Source: Macrostomum lignano (Eukaryota). From it: a stretch of DNA of 64,000 bases. The stretch's first letter is position 1. The number at the start of each line of letters is the position of its first letter. Positions 49,379 to 61,677 of the stretch are shown here, one piece after another. Location: assembly GCA_002269645.1 (NCBI GenBank), contig NIVC01000221.1, forward strand, positions 186,001-250,000. The letters are read 5' to 3'. The notes beneath the pieces are model-generated. The model did not search any database, was not told the origin of the DNA, and saw only the letters and a program-made list of their open reading frames with translations. Both the position numbers and the translations under genes were made by a program.

Positions 49379-50487
49379 GTGTCACTTGACTGCACGCAGT
49401 GCCATGTGCGCGACGCGGAGCTGCAGTGTGTGCGGCACACAATGCACTGTTTGCAAATTGAGCATCAGCGGCTCAAGGAGGATTGCGCCGCGAAGGACCT
49501 AGCCAACGCCAGGCTGCAGCAGGAGAGCACTGCAATGCGCCTCCATATTTCGGGCCTGGAGAAAGAGCTGGACAAGCTACAAGCGGAGTTGGTCCAGGTG
49601 AGCAGCACGGGGCCCAAATGTATATATTCGCACATGCTAGAAATGTCAAGGTTGTACAGTCAAGTCTTTACCCTTTCTATTACTAAGGTACAGCATGGCA
49701 GTTCCATTTCAAAGGCGGCATACAGGGCGCAATTTCTCCGCATCGCCCATTTCGCTGATGCTATTAAAGACGCAGCCAGCAGCAATGCACCAGCAGCACA
49801 ACCAGTCGCAGACACGGGCGATTTTGCGTCTGGAATGCTAGCTGAGCTGATGGGCATTCCATTGGACGCGCCACATGCAGCTGCGGCGACTGTGTCCGTT
49901 GCCGCTACTGCATTCCCGCTGCCCGTTGCCGATGTTGCCGCTACTGCTGATGCCGACACCAGCGGCACCGGTGTCGTGACCGATATGCGCGATATGGTCT
50001 CTCTGATTCCAGGGCACCCATACAAGGTTTCTTTCTTTCTGATGATTTCACGGTGATGAACATTTGACGATTACTTCCAACACACAGTACACTTGTCCAC
50101 CTCCTTGCTTCCACATGTAGGTCAAGGCGAGAAGCTACTCGGAGGTGGTGTCCGCAACCGAAGAAAACAAGCAGGTGCGGTCCAGCCACACGCAGCTTCT
50201 GCTTGTGCGGTCTCTACTGCGCGCGGTGTTCTCGGAAGAGGACATCGCGACAAAATCTTTGACCGGCCGGACTCGCAACCAGCAGGGCAACCCGCGAACT
50301 GGTGCCATCTAGTGTCCTGGACGTTGTGCAGTCATACTTGGTGCGTGTCGCAGGAGCTGCAGTGACATCTGCGGACATTCAACTAGTGTTCCGACGCTTG
50401 CTCAGTGAGCAGAGGCGCCGTGCAAAAAAGTCAGCAGCCGACCAGTCTAATCAGTATGGAGAGCCCGACAAGGTGACTGCTGATTAA
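49379..50487 (+). pseudogene. Coiled-coil + C-terminal BEN-domain gene (second gene of the CACTA-like element), one frameshift
   Basis: Exon from 50121 reads ..LVRSLLRAVFSEEDIATKSLTGR.. then, after a +1 shift in the ccc run near 50291, RELVPSSVLDVVQSYLVRV...DIQLVFRRLLSEQRRRAKK, which fits the BEN pattern by eye. Upstream coiled-coil and Ala-rich exons. Confidence 0.65.
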
Positions 50488-53149
50488 AAGAACTGTAAAC
50501 TGAGAGAAGGCGAGAGTTAAGCGAGACCAAAAACACACGAAGTGGCTAAAGCCATGCGCAACGATGTATATATTTACAATGTACATCAGTCGATGTACAT
50601 CATGATTATTTGCAGATGAATACCCCCACCCTAACAACCACACAACAGCGAAAACATTCATGCCTCTTACAGAACTAATGGGCATGGGCATTTGTTAAGC
50701 TATTTGTACTAATTGTTAAATTTTTAATACTTTTCTTCAATTTTTGTAACTTTTGTCAAGTTTTTTGTAACTTTTGTCAAGTTTTTGTAATAAATATAGG
50801 GTTAGGGGGAAGCGCTTTTATGTTTAGTTCTAGGAAAATTCTTTCTATTATTTTGCTTACCTCTTTTGCAGTTAGGATTGGAGGTTTTAGTGGGTCAGTT
50901 TTGGCGCGCTTTTGAGTGCAGGTGGTTCGTGTTTTTTGGTGTAGGCTCTTCCTCTCCCTCCTCGCGCTCGGCGTGCCTCGTTACCGTGTTCCAGTGCTAT
51001 CCGACAATACTATTTCCCCCTACAGGTCATAGAGCCAACCCAAACCGAATTTAAACGTTAGACTTAGTAACTTAACTGCCGCCAAAATTGTGCCCTAGTT
51101 ATTTTAATATAAGTTATATTATTTTAGACTCAGGATCATCTTATTGTGCTCCAATTGATATGCGCTACAATCAAATAACCTGGAATAATTATTAATTAAA
51201 GTTTGGATATTATCCTGAATAAATTTAATAGTTAAATTGAGTTACAATTCTTTTTTATTATTTGAACTGCACTGAGTGCTCTGCTACAGTTCTTGTAGCA
51301 ATTCCTTTCTACAAAATATGGTACTATAAGGACTACGAGAAGCAGAAGAGAATCGGAAATAGTTCAAATATGAAAAACTTACTCAAATTACAACTCCGAG
51401 TCAAAAACGATTCAGAAACGCCGCTAAAACGCGTTTCCACAAAACGCTTCAAAGTGATTCAGAAACGCTTCAAACACGCGTCTTTTACGACGTGTACCGT
51501 GACATCTCGTCGGTTTTGAATCACCCAGAATTACTTTCTCTCCTGTCCCCTAGTGCAACTCCAAAACGCTTCAAAAGCGATTCAAATACGACGCAAACGC
51601 TTCATTTACAATTCTAGGCCACAGTCACATTTTCGTATACACACGAAGAAATACACGTTTCTGGGCACCACATATTCTTTTCATCCAACAGGCTTGCAAT
51701 ATTTAAGACTTCATGTCAGAGGCTCAACTACAATGGTGATTCTCACTGTGCATCTCCTTAGTAAACCTTGGCGCTATCAGCATTGCAGAGTAGACGGACA
51801 GACAGGTGGAAATATACATATCAGATGCCGTAAGAGACCAATTGAGCTGTGACTGAAATTTTTTACAGCAGTAGAATCAGCGAAAACGTGTTAAAAGCGT
51901 ATGTTTTGAAAAAGAACTTATGAGTAGTCAGAAGTATGAGCTAAATACGTTTGAAAATTGTATGTGTTGACTAATCGAATATCGACACTGTATGGCTGAC
52001 GAAATGTGTAAAAACCGTAAGCTCAGATGGTAGCCAGACACTTTATTGCAGATATTTCGGTGCCAAGACAGTTCGAGTGCCAGAGCGAGTGGCATCTTTA
52101 AAAAGAAGAGTGAGTTGCGGAGAGGTGTTTTTCCTTTAGGCATAAAAAATACAAGCTGGCTACGTATAAAAGACAAATAAAAATCGCTAAGAAATGCTAA
52201 AAAACACTCACTTGCACTAACTCGTGTGCAAACTAAGAAATGACAAACCGTGTTAATAATGTGTATCGTTACCGGCTGTATTGGAAAATACCATTCTAAC
52301 AAAATTCACCAAAACCTGACAGAAGAATATAGAATGCAGAATCCAGATATTTTTCTTTTTAATAAATTTGATTACTATGCCATTATTCAGTAGCATAAAA
52401 ACTAGTATGACATGCACCGAAGTGACTTGGCACCGAAATATTTGGCACCGTCGTATCCAGTGTTCTATCAGACTTTTGAGGAGCGTGAGAAAGTTACAGG
52501 CCTAATTAGGCTGTTATTACAGTGTACTCTTAATTGTTCTCTGAAGCCTCGTCTGAGCTGATGCAGAGAAATGTGGAGAAATTCAAGCCGTCACAGGCAA
52601 ACTTTGCCAGCAGGAATGTAGAAACAGGCTGCAAAACCAAACATAGCGAGCTGTGAGACACGAATTACTTTCACAGTCCCTGCTTTGTGTAAAAAACTGC
52701 GCGTTATAGAAACTCGTCAAACTGTATTTAGTGAGTTTCATATTACCACAGCATCGCTCTCGGTAGATATGTTATTTCTCAATATTTTAGCGTGATGGAA
52801 AACCCAAACAGAGTGAAGGCCTCTGTTACTATGACTACGGGGGAAACTCAAGTGAAAACTCAAGTAAAAGTGTTTATTATCAACACTACGAGCTTACGTT
52901 ATCAGATCATCCCGAAAGTTTTCTCTTTTTTTCAGCTTTGATTGCTCATAGCTTTGGCTGTGATTTCTGAGATATAATTACGCCATTTCAAAGCAAGCTC
53001 AGATGCTGACTAATATTTACTAACATCCCCTACCTTTACATGTAGATGGGTGTTACCAACATACTTTAAGCCAACAAACATAATATACTTTAAGTAAGAC
53101 TGGCTCAATACGTACATGCACATGGGCCTTCAGAACCTACACTCCAGGA

Positions 53150-53830
53150 CACCATGTGGACTGTGCTACTTGCAAATTCTAATCACCTAGATGTTCTATT
53201 ATTTTGCCCTGTCTCCTTTCTGTTTCTGCCTCCGCAAAAATCTGTAGCCCTTTTCCGTCGCCCATACTCCACCCCCTTGGTTCGGCAGGCATCTTGGTGA
53301 TGTCCGAACTTCTGGTACTTTGAGCACTGGTGGGTCAGGTGGGGACACTTTGCCGCCCAGTGAGACTGGGAGCCCAAAGAAAGCTGGCCCAATCACGAGG
53401 ATTCCGTGTTTTGGCTGCCTTCACGTGCTTGACGTCGTGACTTGGTAATTTCACCTTGCTGATGGCGTCTGTTCCTCTCTCCGCTGTCTCCAAGATGACC
53501 GCGATCTTGTGGGAGCTGCTCGGAGAGTCGTCTGGAGCAGGCGTCTCTGAATCTGCGAATTACGGAGCCCGGTCACCAGCTTGTCCTTCGGTGCTTCATC
53601 CAGGATTTTCTCAGTTGTTCCAGATAATGGCTGATGCTCTCGCTCTCGTGCTGACTGCGCCGGTAGAAATTGAACCTTCTTCACCACCTTTCAAAGCTTG
53701 GGGTTAAAGTGCTCCCGGAGAGTCTTGATGATGTCAAGAGGTCTCCTTCGGCTTCTTTGGGGCCAACAGATCTCGCAACATTGTCACTGTTGTAACGTTC
53801 GAGAGTCCTGGCATGTCTAATTTAATGAGC
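53150..53830 (-). mobile_element. Degenerate Ty3/Gypsy (Mag-like) gag relic
   Basis: Minus-strand fragments LREHFNPK, KDKLVTGLRNSQIQRRLL and CPHLTHQCSKYQKFGHHQDAC (decayed zinc knuckle), with multiple frameshifts. Confidence 0.7.
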
Positions 53831-53960
53831 CGCTGCTGCGAGCACATTTATGCATACTTTGCTTTCTCTGCTCGACTCTCGACTCTATGGGACCGCTCTT
53901 TGAGCCATAGATAACAGCATTAAAAGGGACAAATGAAGCAATATAAGTAACAGTTGGAAA

Positions 53961-54033
53961 TGAGTAGGTCCGGATGAAGCTCTGAGGCTGAGTGGGTCTG
54001 GATGAAGCTGTGAGGCTGAGTGGGTATAGATGA
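53961..54033. repeat. Orphan 28-bp WSC-PAN 3'-end repeat (~2.5 units)
   Basis: Same unit as the 23397 array, but with no PAN exon upstream. Confidence 0.85.
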
Positions 54034-54547
54034 TTAAGAGTTTCAAGATAAAATGGTTGAGGTTTACCAGCTAATATTTCGAATTTTCTTTTTTGAACTA
54101 AACGTGCAGTTTTTCTTCTTGTTTTTTATTCAGATTATTCCAACTTTGCAGGTAGTCTTTTTAGTTGTAATATTCGGTTAGAATAAACCCTAAGAAACAC
54201 TCTCTCCTATATTATTCATTCAAAGTCAATTTTGACTCCAATTCAAATACAGTGCCAGAGATTTGCCTGATATTCTCCTCTTGCTACTCATCGGTAGGCA
54301 TCTCTCACGCACATCCAGGTGACACCTCAGCCAATCCTTGCACAGCATTGGCTGAATGGGACAGCATGAAGCGTACTTGCTAAATACTACAAAAGCCAGC
54401 GTCTCCTTGTTTTCCACTTCTAATTCCGCTAGGTGGTCCATATTACCATTGGCTTCTTCCAGCAAATATATTGTTTAGGTTTCTTACTTGAAACAGAAGA
54501 AGCGTCTCAGAAACTGCGGTTCGGCCACTCTCTGGGATTTTTTCCCA

Positions 54548-55383
54548 ATGCTGAAACTCTGCGCTCTGCTGCTCTGCTGGGCGGCCGGTTCCGGACGCTG
54601 CGCCGCTGCTGCGGAGCCGCCTCAACCGTTGGAGTTTCGCCACCTCGGCTGCTACGTGGATGGCGCTGTTGGCTACCGAGATCTTGTAGGACTGGAGGGA
54701 GTCAAAAAGTTCGGACAGTTTGAGACTCACCCTTCTAACCCAGCATTCGGTTTCGACTTCACCAAGATGACACTGCAACTGTGCAGCCAGATGTGCTCTT
54801 ACGGCCGATTTCGCTACTTTGGGGTTCAGTCTGCGGCCTTCTGCTGCTGCGGCTCGGCCTACGGATCGCACGGCACCGCGCCGGCTAGCGACTGCAGCAG
54901 AGCTTGCAGTGGAGCCCTGTCTCAGATTTGCGGTGGAGAGTCGAGAAATTCGATCTACGAGTTGACTTATTCACCAAGTAAGCGTTGCGAATTAAAGCAG
55001 CTCGTAGAAGTGTAAAGATAGTCTCACTTAGCCAGACGACGTAAAACGCTGCAGATGTTCTAAAGTCGTCCTTAAATGTAGTTCGGACTGGGCCATTTCA
55101 AATATCAAAACAATTTTTTGTAACCAACCCTTCTGCAGTCGATCCAATGATGCCGAAACTGCCCGTGACGTCTCTGCCGAACATCACAGCCTCCGCGAGC
55201 TCAGTCACCCACAGCAGCGTCTCTGCCAAGAGTGCCATCCAGTGCGCTGCCGCCTGCCAGCGAAGCCCGGACTGTCAGGGCTGCGCCTTCGCGCCTTCGA
55301 GCCGCATGTGCCACCTGCTGAGATTCGCCGCTGTGCCCGCTGAGGTGGCCAGCGAGGCTGATTGGGTCTGGATGAAGCAGTGA
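54548..55383 (+). CDS. Secreted WSC + PAN/apple-like domain protein, paralog 4 (exons 54548-54977, 55139-55383; 224 aa)
   Basis: Intact. Same phase-1 intron and motifs as paralogs 1-3. Confidence 0.88.
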
Positions 55384-56287
55384 GGCTGAGTGGGTCTGGA
55401 TGAAGCTGTGAGGCTGAGTGGGTCTGGATGAAGCTGTGAGGCTGAGTGGGTCTGGTTGGAGCTGCGAGTCTGTTCGATTTAATGGCAAACACTGATAAGA
55501 GTTCTGAATGATAATCCTGACGTACTTTTAAAAACGAAAATGATTAATGTATTGGTTCTGTTTCATGTCTTATTATTTATAAAGCTATCTAGAATAACAA
55601 ATGCTATTAAAAGTTTTAAGAGCTTTAAATCTTTTATTTTCTCTTAATTGTCCATTGGCAGAACTGTTGTGTACGGTATATAAACATATGTTGTGTTATG
55701 TGTATTTATAAGCTTCAAATTCTTGGATATTAGTTTACCGTCTATTAAACTAAAACTCCATGGCTAGACTACATGTATGTTTTATTCTACGCTTTGGGCA
55801 TATTTCACGTCTTAGGCTATCATTTATAAAGCTATCTAGAATGACAATTTCAAATCCGAGTTTCGAAGTGTCAAGGTTAAAAAGTTTAAAGTTTTTTCTT
55901 TTTGCATTGTTTAGCTACTGTCAAAATTAATGTTTATGGTAAAAACTTTAAAATTTCTGGATACATTACTACTTTACTGTTGTACCGTTACGAGTTGTAA
56001 GAACTCCATGACTAGTTGACAGTTGGAAAATCATTTGCAGCCGTACGGCATTTTAACGTTAAATTTTTAAACAAAATTTCAATTCGAGCTAAACGAAGCT
56101 CAATTTGGACAATCTAGTGGAGTGCGGTTTTTGCGGCAATTCAGTTGAAACGAATTCTCTTTCTTACAGGCTAAGTTTTCCGAATTGGAAAATGTTTTCC
56201 GACAGTCTATGGCCGAAACCGCTTTTGAGTGGCGACTGCGCTCTGATTAAAGTTTCAAGGAAACAGATCAGAGTCACTTTCAGGAGC

Positions 56288-56319
56288 CAGAGAGCGAGAG
56301 AGAGAGAGAGAGAGACAGA

Positions 56320-56369
<50 letters not shown>

Positions 56370-56455
56370 GAGAGAAAGAGAGAGAGAGAGGAGAGAGAGA
56401 GAGACAGAGGGGGGGGGGAGACAGAGAGGGGAGAGAAAGAGAGAGAGAGAGAGAG
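56288..56455. repeat. (GA)n microsatellite, expanded relative to the paralogous site at 34168-34195
   Basis: Long interrupted AG dinucleotide run followed by the same gtttgggtgcc flank. Confidence 0.9.
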
Positions 56456-57319
56456 GTTTGGGTGCCGATCGATGAAAGCGAGCGCTAGTCAGCATGAGAG
56501 GCTCAACTACCATTGTGATTCTCACTACACCACCTCTCCTGAGTATCCTTGGCGCTATCCACATTGCAGAGTAGACAGTAGAGTGGCAGATTCTTCACTG
56601 AGCATAAAACAGGAAAATTTCTAAAGTCTATTACGAGCTAATTCTAGGCGTATGCAAAAATCGAGATGAAGCTCAAGCCGTCACGGGTGAATTCAACAGC
56701 AGGAACGCAAAAAAAGCCGCTGGAAATAACAGCGCTGCATGGCGCTCCCAGCTTTTTCTAAAAAACCCACGCATCGTAGAAAAGCTTCAATTTTTTCTCA
56801 GACTGCGAAATTCTTCCCAGATGAGTCAGGTACACTAGTGTTAATGAGAAAAGACAATTTAAACTTACTGTAGTTTTACTACTAAAAGTAGTTCATCCGG
56901 TGTCCCACCGGTTGCGCATTCAACAAGAAAATACAAGCCGCCAATACACTCTGCTTTAAACTATACGACGTAGAAGACACATCGATTCATTAAGCAATCA
57001 CCGATCACTGAGCACCGAGAAACAACACTTAAAATGATTTACCAAACAGGCATCATCACTTTAGCGACGTCTGCACCCTGCCTGCGTCGCTGGCAGTGTT
57101 GGTTGAATAACTTCTACTACTTTGTTTGAACGCGTTCCGTAATTGGTAGATATTTCATTATATAGTACTTTAGCGCGAGGGACATCCAAACAGAGTGAAT
57201 GCCTCCACCATATACTAAAAACGGTCTGTCGGTATCTAGGTAGGTAGGAATATATGTGACTGATTAGTGAAAAATGGCTCAACAAATTTTCTTCGGATTT
57301 AATCGAATAACTTGAATCG

Positions 57320-57660
57320 CACTTGATAAGTCAAGGATTATTGCACTTGATAAGCCAAGGATTATTGCATTTGATAAGCCAAGGATTATTGCATTTGATA
57401 AGCCAAGGATTATTGCACTTAATAAGCCAAGGATTGTTGCACTTGATAAGCCAAAGATTATTGCATTTGATAAGCCAAGGATTATTGCACTTGATAAGCC
57501 AAGGATTATTGCACTTGATAAGCCAAGGATTATTGCACTTGATAAGCCAAGGATTATTGCATTTGATAAGCCAAGGATTATTGCATTTGATAAGCCAAGG
57601 ATTATTGCACTTGATAAGCCAAGGATTATTGCACTTGATAAGCCAAAGATTGTTGCATTT
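57320..57660. repeat. 24-bp minisatellite, ~14 copies (paralog of the 35086 array)
   Basis: Same unit and the same flanks. Confidence 0.95.
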
Positions 57661-57747
57661 GACTTCAGATGCCACATGTTGAACGACAATGACTATCTAC
57701 TGGCGCTGTAGCACAGCTGGCAGTTTCTTAAAATTCTACTTCGATTG

Positions 57748-57965
57748 AAGCACCGCTCGCTTCCGATACACGCCTCAGTTCCGAGAAGTCGCTACACTGG
57801 ACGCCTCGCTGACAGCAGGGAGAACAGCGGTCGAGACCTGCAAGGACTCGAAAGTGTCACGGCGTTTGGCCGGTACACAGTTGACCGCCTTCGTCAAGAG
57901 CACGAAAATGGCACTGCAGAGGTGTAGCGGTTTCATGCTCGTAAGGTCGGTTCTGCTTTTTTGGT
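57748..57965 (+). pseudogene. Degenerate WSC exon fragment (duplicate of 35660-35875)
   Basis: Nearly identical to the 35660 fragment, with the same lesions. Confidence 0.7.
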
Positions 57966-59482
57966 GTTCAGGCGGTCGACGAGGGAGAATGTGCGGCCCG
58001 TGCAGTGACATCTGCAATGGCGCTAACTGGATCATTTCCATCTTTAAAATCACCATTTGACAGGTAAAAATCCTCAATTTTGAACGGAGCTGAGTTTAAT
58101 TCAAACCAAGATATACTTGAATTGAGACATTTCAGTGGAATGCGATTCTTTGAGGAAATCCAATCAATTCAAACAAACTCCCTTTCTATTGGCTGAATTG
58201 TCTGAATTGGAAAATCTGTTCCGACAGTCTATGGCCAAAATCGCTTTTAAGAGGCCTCGGCAGCTCACTAATGCGAACTGCTTTTTAGACAATGAGCGGG
58301 ACGTGTGTCCTGCCAACTGTCTCTCCAAGCCATCCTCTTCACCAGCCTCTTCCTCGTTTTCATTTTCTCCGACAATCTCAGTGTCAAGACAAATCCAGTC
58401 CGCCTCATCTTCATGCGCACTCATGACGATGGCTGCTAGATCTCTATCCAATTCGATGAGTTAAACAGGCGGTTGGAGTCGCACAATACGAGTATTCCGT
58501 CGATTCTGCATCTTTTGAACTTCAATTCAGCGAGCTGTCGCCCCTGAAAAGCGGTTGGCAATAAATTTTCCAATTCAGAAAATGTAGTCTATAAAAACGG
58601 AGTAACTTATTTGAATTGAACTTCTGTAAGAATCAAAATGCACTGGATAGGAACTCGATTGAAGTTGTTGTAGTTTGAATTGAACTCGATTTTGTTTAAA
58701 ATTGAGGGTAAAATGATGTACTACTCTTATAGTATGGGTATTATTTTTTCTATTCATACAAATAATCCATGTGTTTCAGTGATTCACGACTAACATTTAT
58801 TCAGAGCAAATGGCCTTTTTATTGATACGGCCTAATGATGCCTAATGACGCATCGCATGATTTGCTTTTAAATCGCGGATCGGCAAACCCCGCCCGCGCA
58901 GCCTCTCTATTCGGCCCTCCGGTCCTTTAAAACTTCACAACGGCAATCCGGCGACTATGTGGCTGGTCAACTCTTTATCCCCTCTTCTTTCCCTTCTCTC
59001 CCCTCCTCTTTTCTCCTCTTCTCCTCTTTCCCCTTTCTCTCCCCTCTGTCGGCCTCTCACATTTTCCCTCTCTCCGCTTCTTTCGCCTCTTTCCCTCCTC
59101 TCCCGTCTTTCCCCTCCTCTCGTCTTTCCCCTCTTCACTACCTTCTCTTTCTTATCTCTTCTGTCATCCTATCTCTCGACTCTTATCTCTTGTCTCATCT
59201 CTCATTTTCCATTCCTCTCCTCTTCCAGTTATTCAACAATAACTGACTGGTGAATTTTCTCATAAAAAGCCCAGACGAAAACGTTTTCACGGCTCAAACG
59301 TATTGTCCCCACTCCCTTGTAATTCTAGTTGCTAGGGCGAATGTCATCTTTTGGCCCGACATCCTACTCATGCTGCTTGACGAGCGCACAGCCCTTGAGT
59401 TCAACTCTTTTCAGAGCTGCTGTTGAACTTGTAAATCAAACACGTTCTACCCCGAGAATCTGCGATTGCAATGCCCCTAAAC

Positions 59483-59630
59483 CTCTGTAACACCCTGATT
59501 TCAGAGTGGCGTGTCTAAAGACACCAACACTCTGTAACACCCTGATTTCCGAGTGGCGTGTCTAAAGACACCAACACTCTGTAACACCCCGAGTTGAGAG
59601 TGGCGTGTCTAACAGACACCAACACCCTGG
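59483..59630. repeat. 47-bp tandem repeat, 3 copies
   Basis: ctctgtaacaccctgatttcagagtggcgtgtctaaagacaccaaca starts at 59483, 59530 and 59577. The unit contains a gtgtc-taaa-gacac hairpin. Confidence 0.9.
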
Positions 59631-60607
59631 ACACACCCCCGACTTGAGCGTATCTTGGCATCAACACAATGCCATCATAAGCAACACAGGAATATTCTGC
59701 CAGGTGGTACACTTGAATAATTCGAGGCTCAAATCCGACAACTCACAAGCGTCTGAGCGAGGAGCTGCATCGACTGCTCAGCGAGGCGGAATCCATACGA
59801 ACTGTTGAACTTCCAGAACAAGCAAGAACTTCAGACCGGGTTTGAAGGTTCTGCTTTCTCTGCGACTCTCACGCATGATTTTCAACCCTAATAGCCAGCA
59901 TATTTTGCAACACTACACTGCACACGAATGGTAGTATAGATTAAAATACACTTACATTTATATTAATTATAGTTGGTTGTACACCTCGGGTGGCTTTAAA
60001 AATGAGTGTTAATAATTATTTTCTTCACTGATATTCCTTGTGGCGATCTTTAAATAAGTAATTCCTTGTTGCGACTGTATTCTGGGTTCGAATGTATTTC
60101 TGAAAGACTATCCAAACTTGCATCGATGAAAATTATCCAAACTCAAGATCATTTTTTCGGCAAAAAATATAAAATCCAATATAATTTTTGCAGAAAAATT
60201 GCTCAATAAATTTTAAAAGCACAAATTTGCCTTATTTCGAATGCATTAGTCAAAAAAGTAAGTTGTCTTGAAATTTGTGCTTTAAAACTGAGAATTTCCT
60301 ATCTCACAAATGCATGTTGCAGTGAAAACCGCGGCCTCTACAGAAATCTCTACGCTTGGCGGGTGCAGCGTCCTTAACTCTATTTTAGTGGTCCATGAGG
60401 GCAACACGGGCTTACAAGAGAGCCAAATGCAGCTGATTTCTCACTGGCTGAGGCCCTAGAAACCAGACAGACAGTCTCGAGTCGAGTAAACTTCAGAAGC
60501 TGTTGCAATCAAAACATAAGCCATACAGCCAGTGTTCACAGCACAGAGCAGGCATATTCTGAAAAGTCAAAACTTCAAACACTGACCGCAAAGACCAGAG
60601 GCATCAA

Positions 60608-61532
60608 ATGTTTTCAAAAAGCTTTTCTGTCGGTTACTTGCTGATGTGGGCGGCGTTCGGAAGCTGCTTGACTTCGGTGCCGCCTCATCCGATGGCATTC
60701 CGCTACATCGGCTGCTTCGTGGACAAAAAGGACCCCGACATGACAGGCCTCGTTGGAGTCGCTACGCTCGGTCCGTATTCGACCTTTTCAGAAAAACCAT
60801 TTCTTGTACAAGACTCTTTAATGACGCTGCAGATGTGCAGCCAGATCTGCGCTTATGGGAGATTTCGATACTTCGGTACGAGGTACGGTGGATACTGCTG
60901 CTGCGGCAACAGCTACAGCTCGTTCGGTCCCGCCCCGGCTAGTGACTGCTCGCATCATTGCAAGGGAAACTCGTCTCAAATCTGCGGTGGAAACATGAGG
61001 AACTCCGTCTACGAAAATATTTATAATCACGGTGAGAGGGAATTTTTCTGAAGCGAATGTTGTTTTGTTGCCAAAACGGGGCACAATAAGTTACAACATC
61101 GTTATACCGTCAAAAACTGTCAAACGAAGGTGGATACCAGTGACAACTTAACTAATTCTAAGATATTATTTTCTAAATATATTATTTCTAGTTTTCAGGC
61201 AATTTTTCCCTAAATTCAGTTTTAATTCAACTTTTGTAGCTGGCCAAACAATGACCAAGCTGCCAGCTTCTGCCATGCCGAGCATCTCAGCGTCACTGAG
61301 CTCCATCACTCACAGCAGCGTCTCTGCCAAGAGCGCCGTCCAGTGCGCTGCCGCCTGCCAGCGAAGCCCGGACTGTCAGGGCTGCGCCTTCGTGCCTTCG
61401 AGCCGCATGTGCCGCCTGCTGAGATTCACCGCTGTGACCGCTGAGGTGGCCAGCGAGACTGAGTGGGTCTGGATGAAGCTGTGGGGCGGAGTGGGTCTGG
61501 ATGAAGCTGTGAGGCGGAGTGGGTCTGGATGA
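60608..61532 (+). CDS. Secreted WSC + PAN/apple-like domain protein, divergent paralog 5 (exons 60608-61031, 61240-61532)
   Basis: Signal peptide, RYIGCFVD, MTLQMCSQIC, CCCG, CSHHCKGNSSQICGG. Phase-1 intron CAC G|gtgaga ... tgtag|CT. The PAN exon reads on into the 28-bp repeat. Confidence 0.85.
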
Positions 61533-61677
61533 AGCTGTGAGGCTGAGTGGGTCTGGATGAAACTGTGAGGCTGAGTGGGTCTGGATGAAGCTGTGAGGCG
61601 GAGTGGGTCTGGATGAAGCTATGAGGCTGAGTGGGTCTGGATGAAGCTGTGAGGCTGAGTGGGTCTGGATGATGCTG
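61455..61677. repeat. 28-bp VNTR (~8 copies) at the 3' end of paralog 5
   Basis: Same unit as the 23397 array. Confidence 0.93.
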
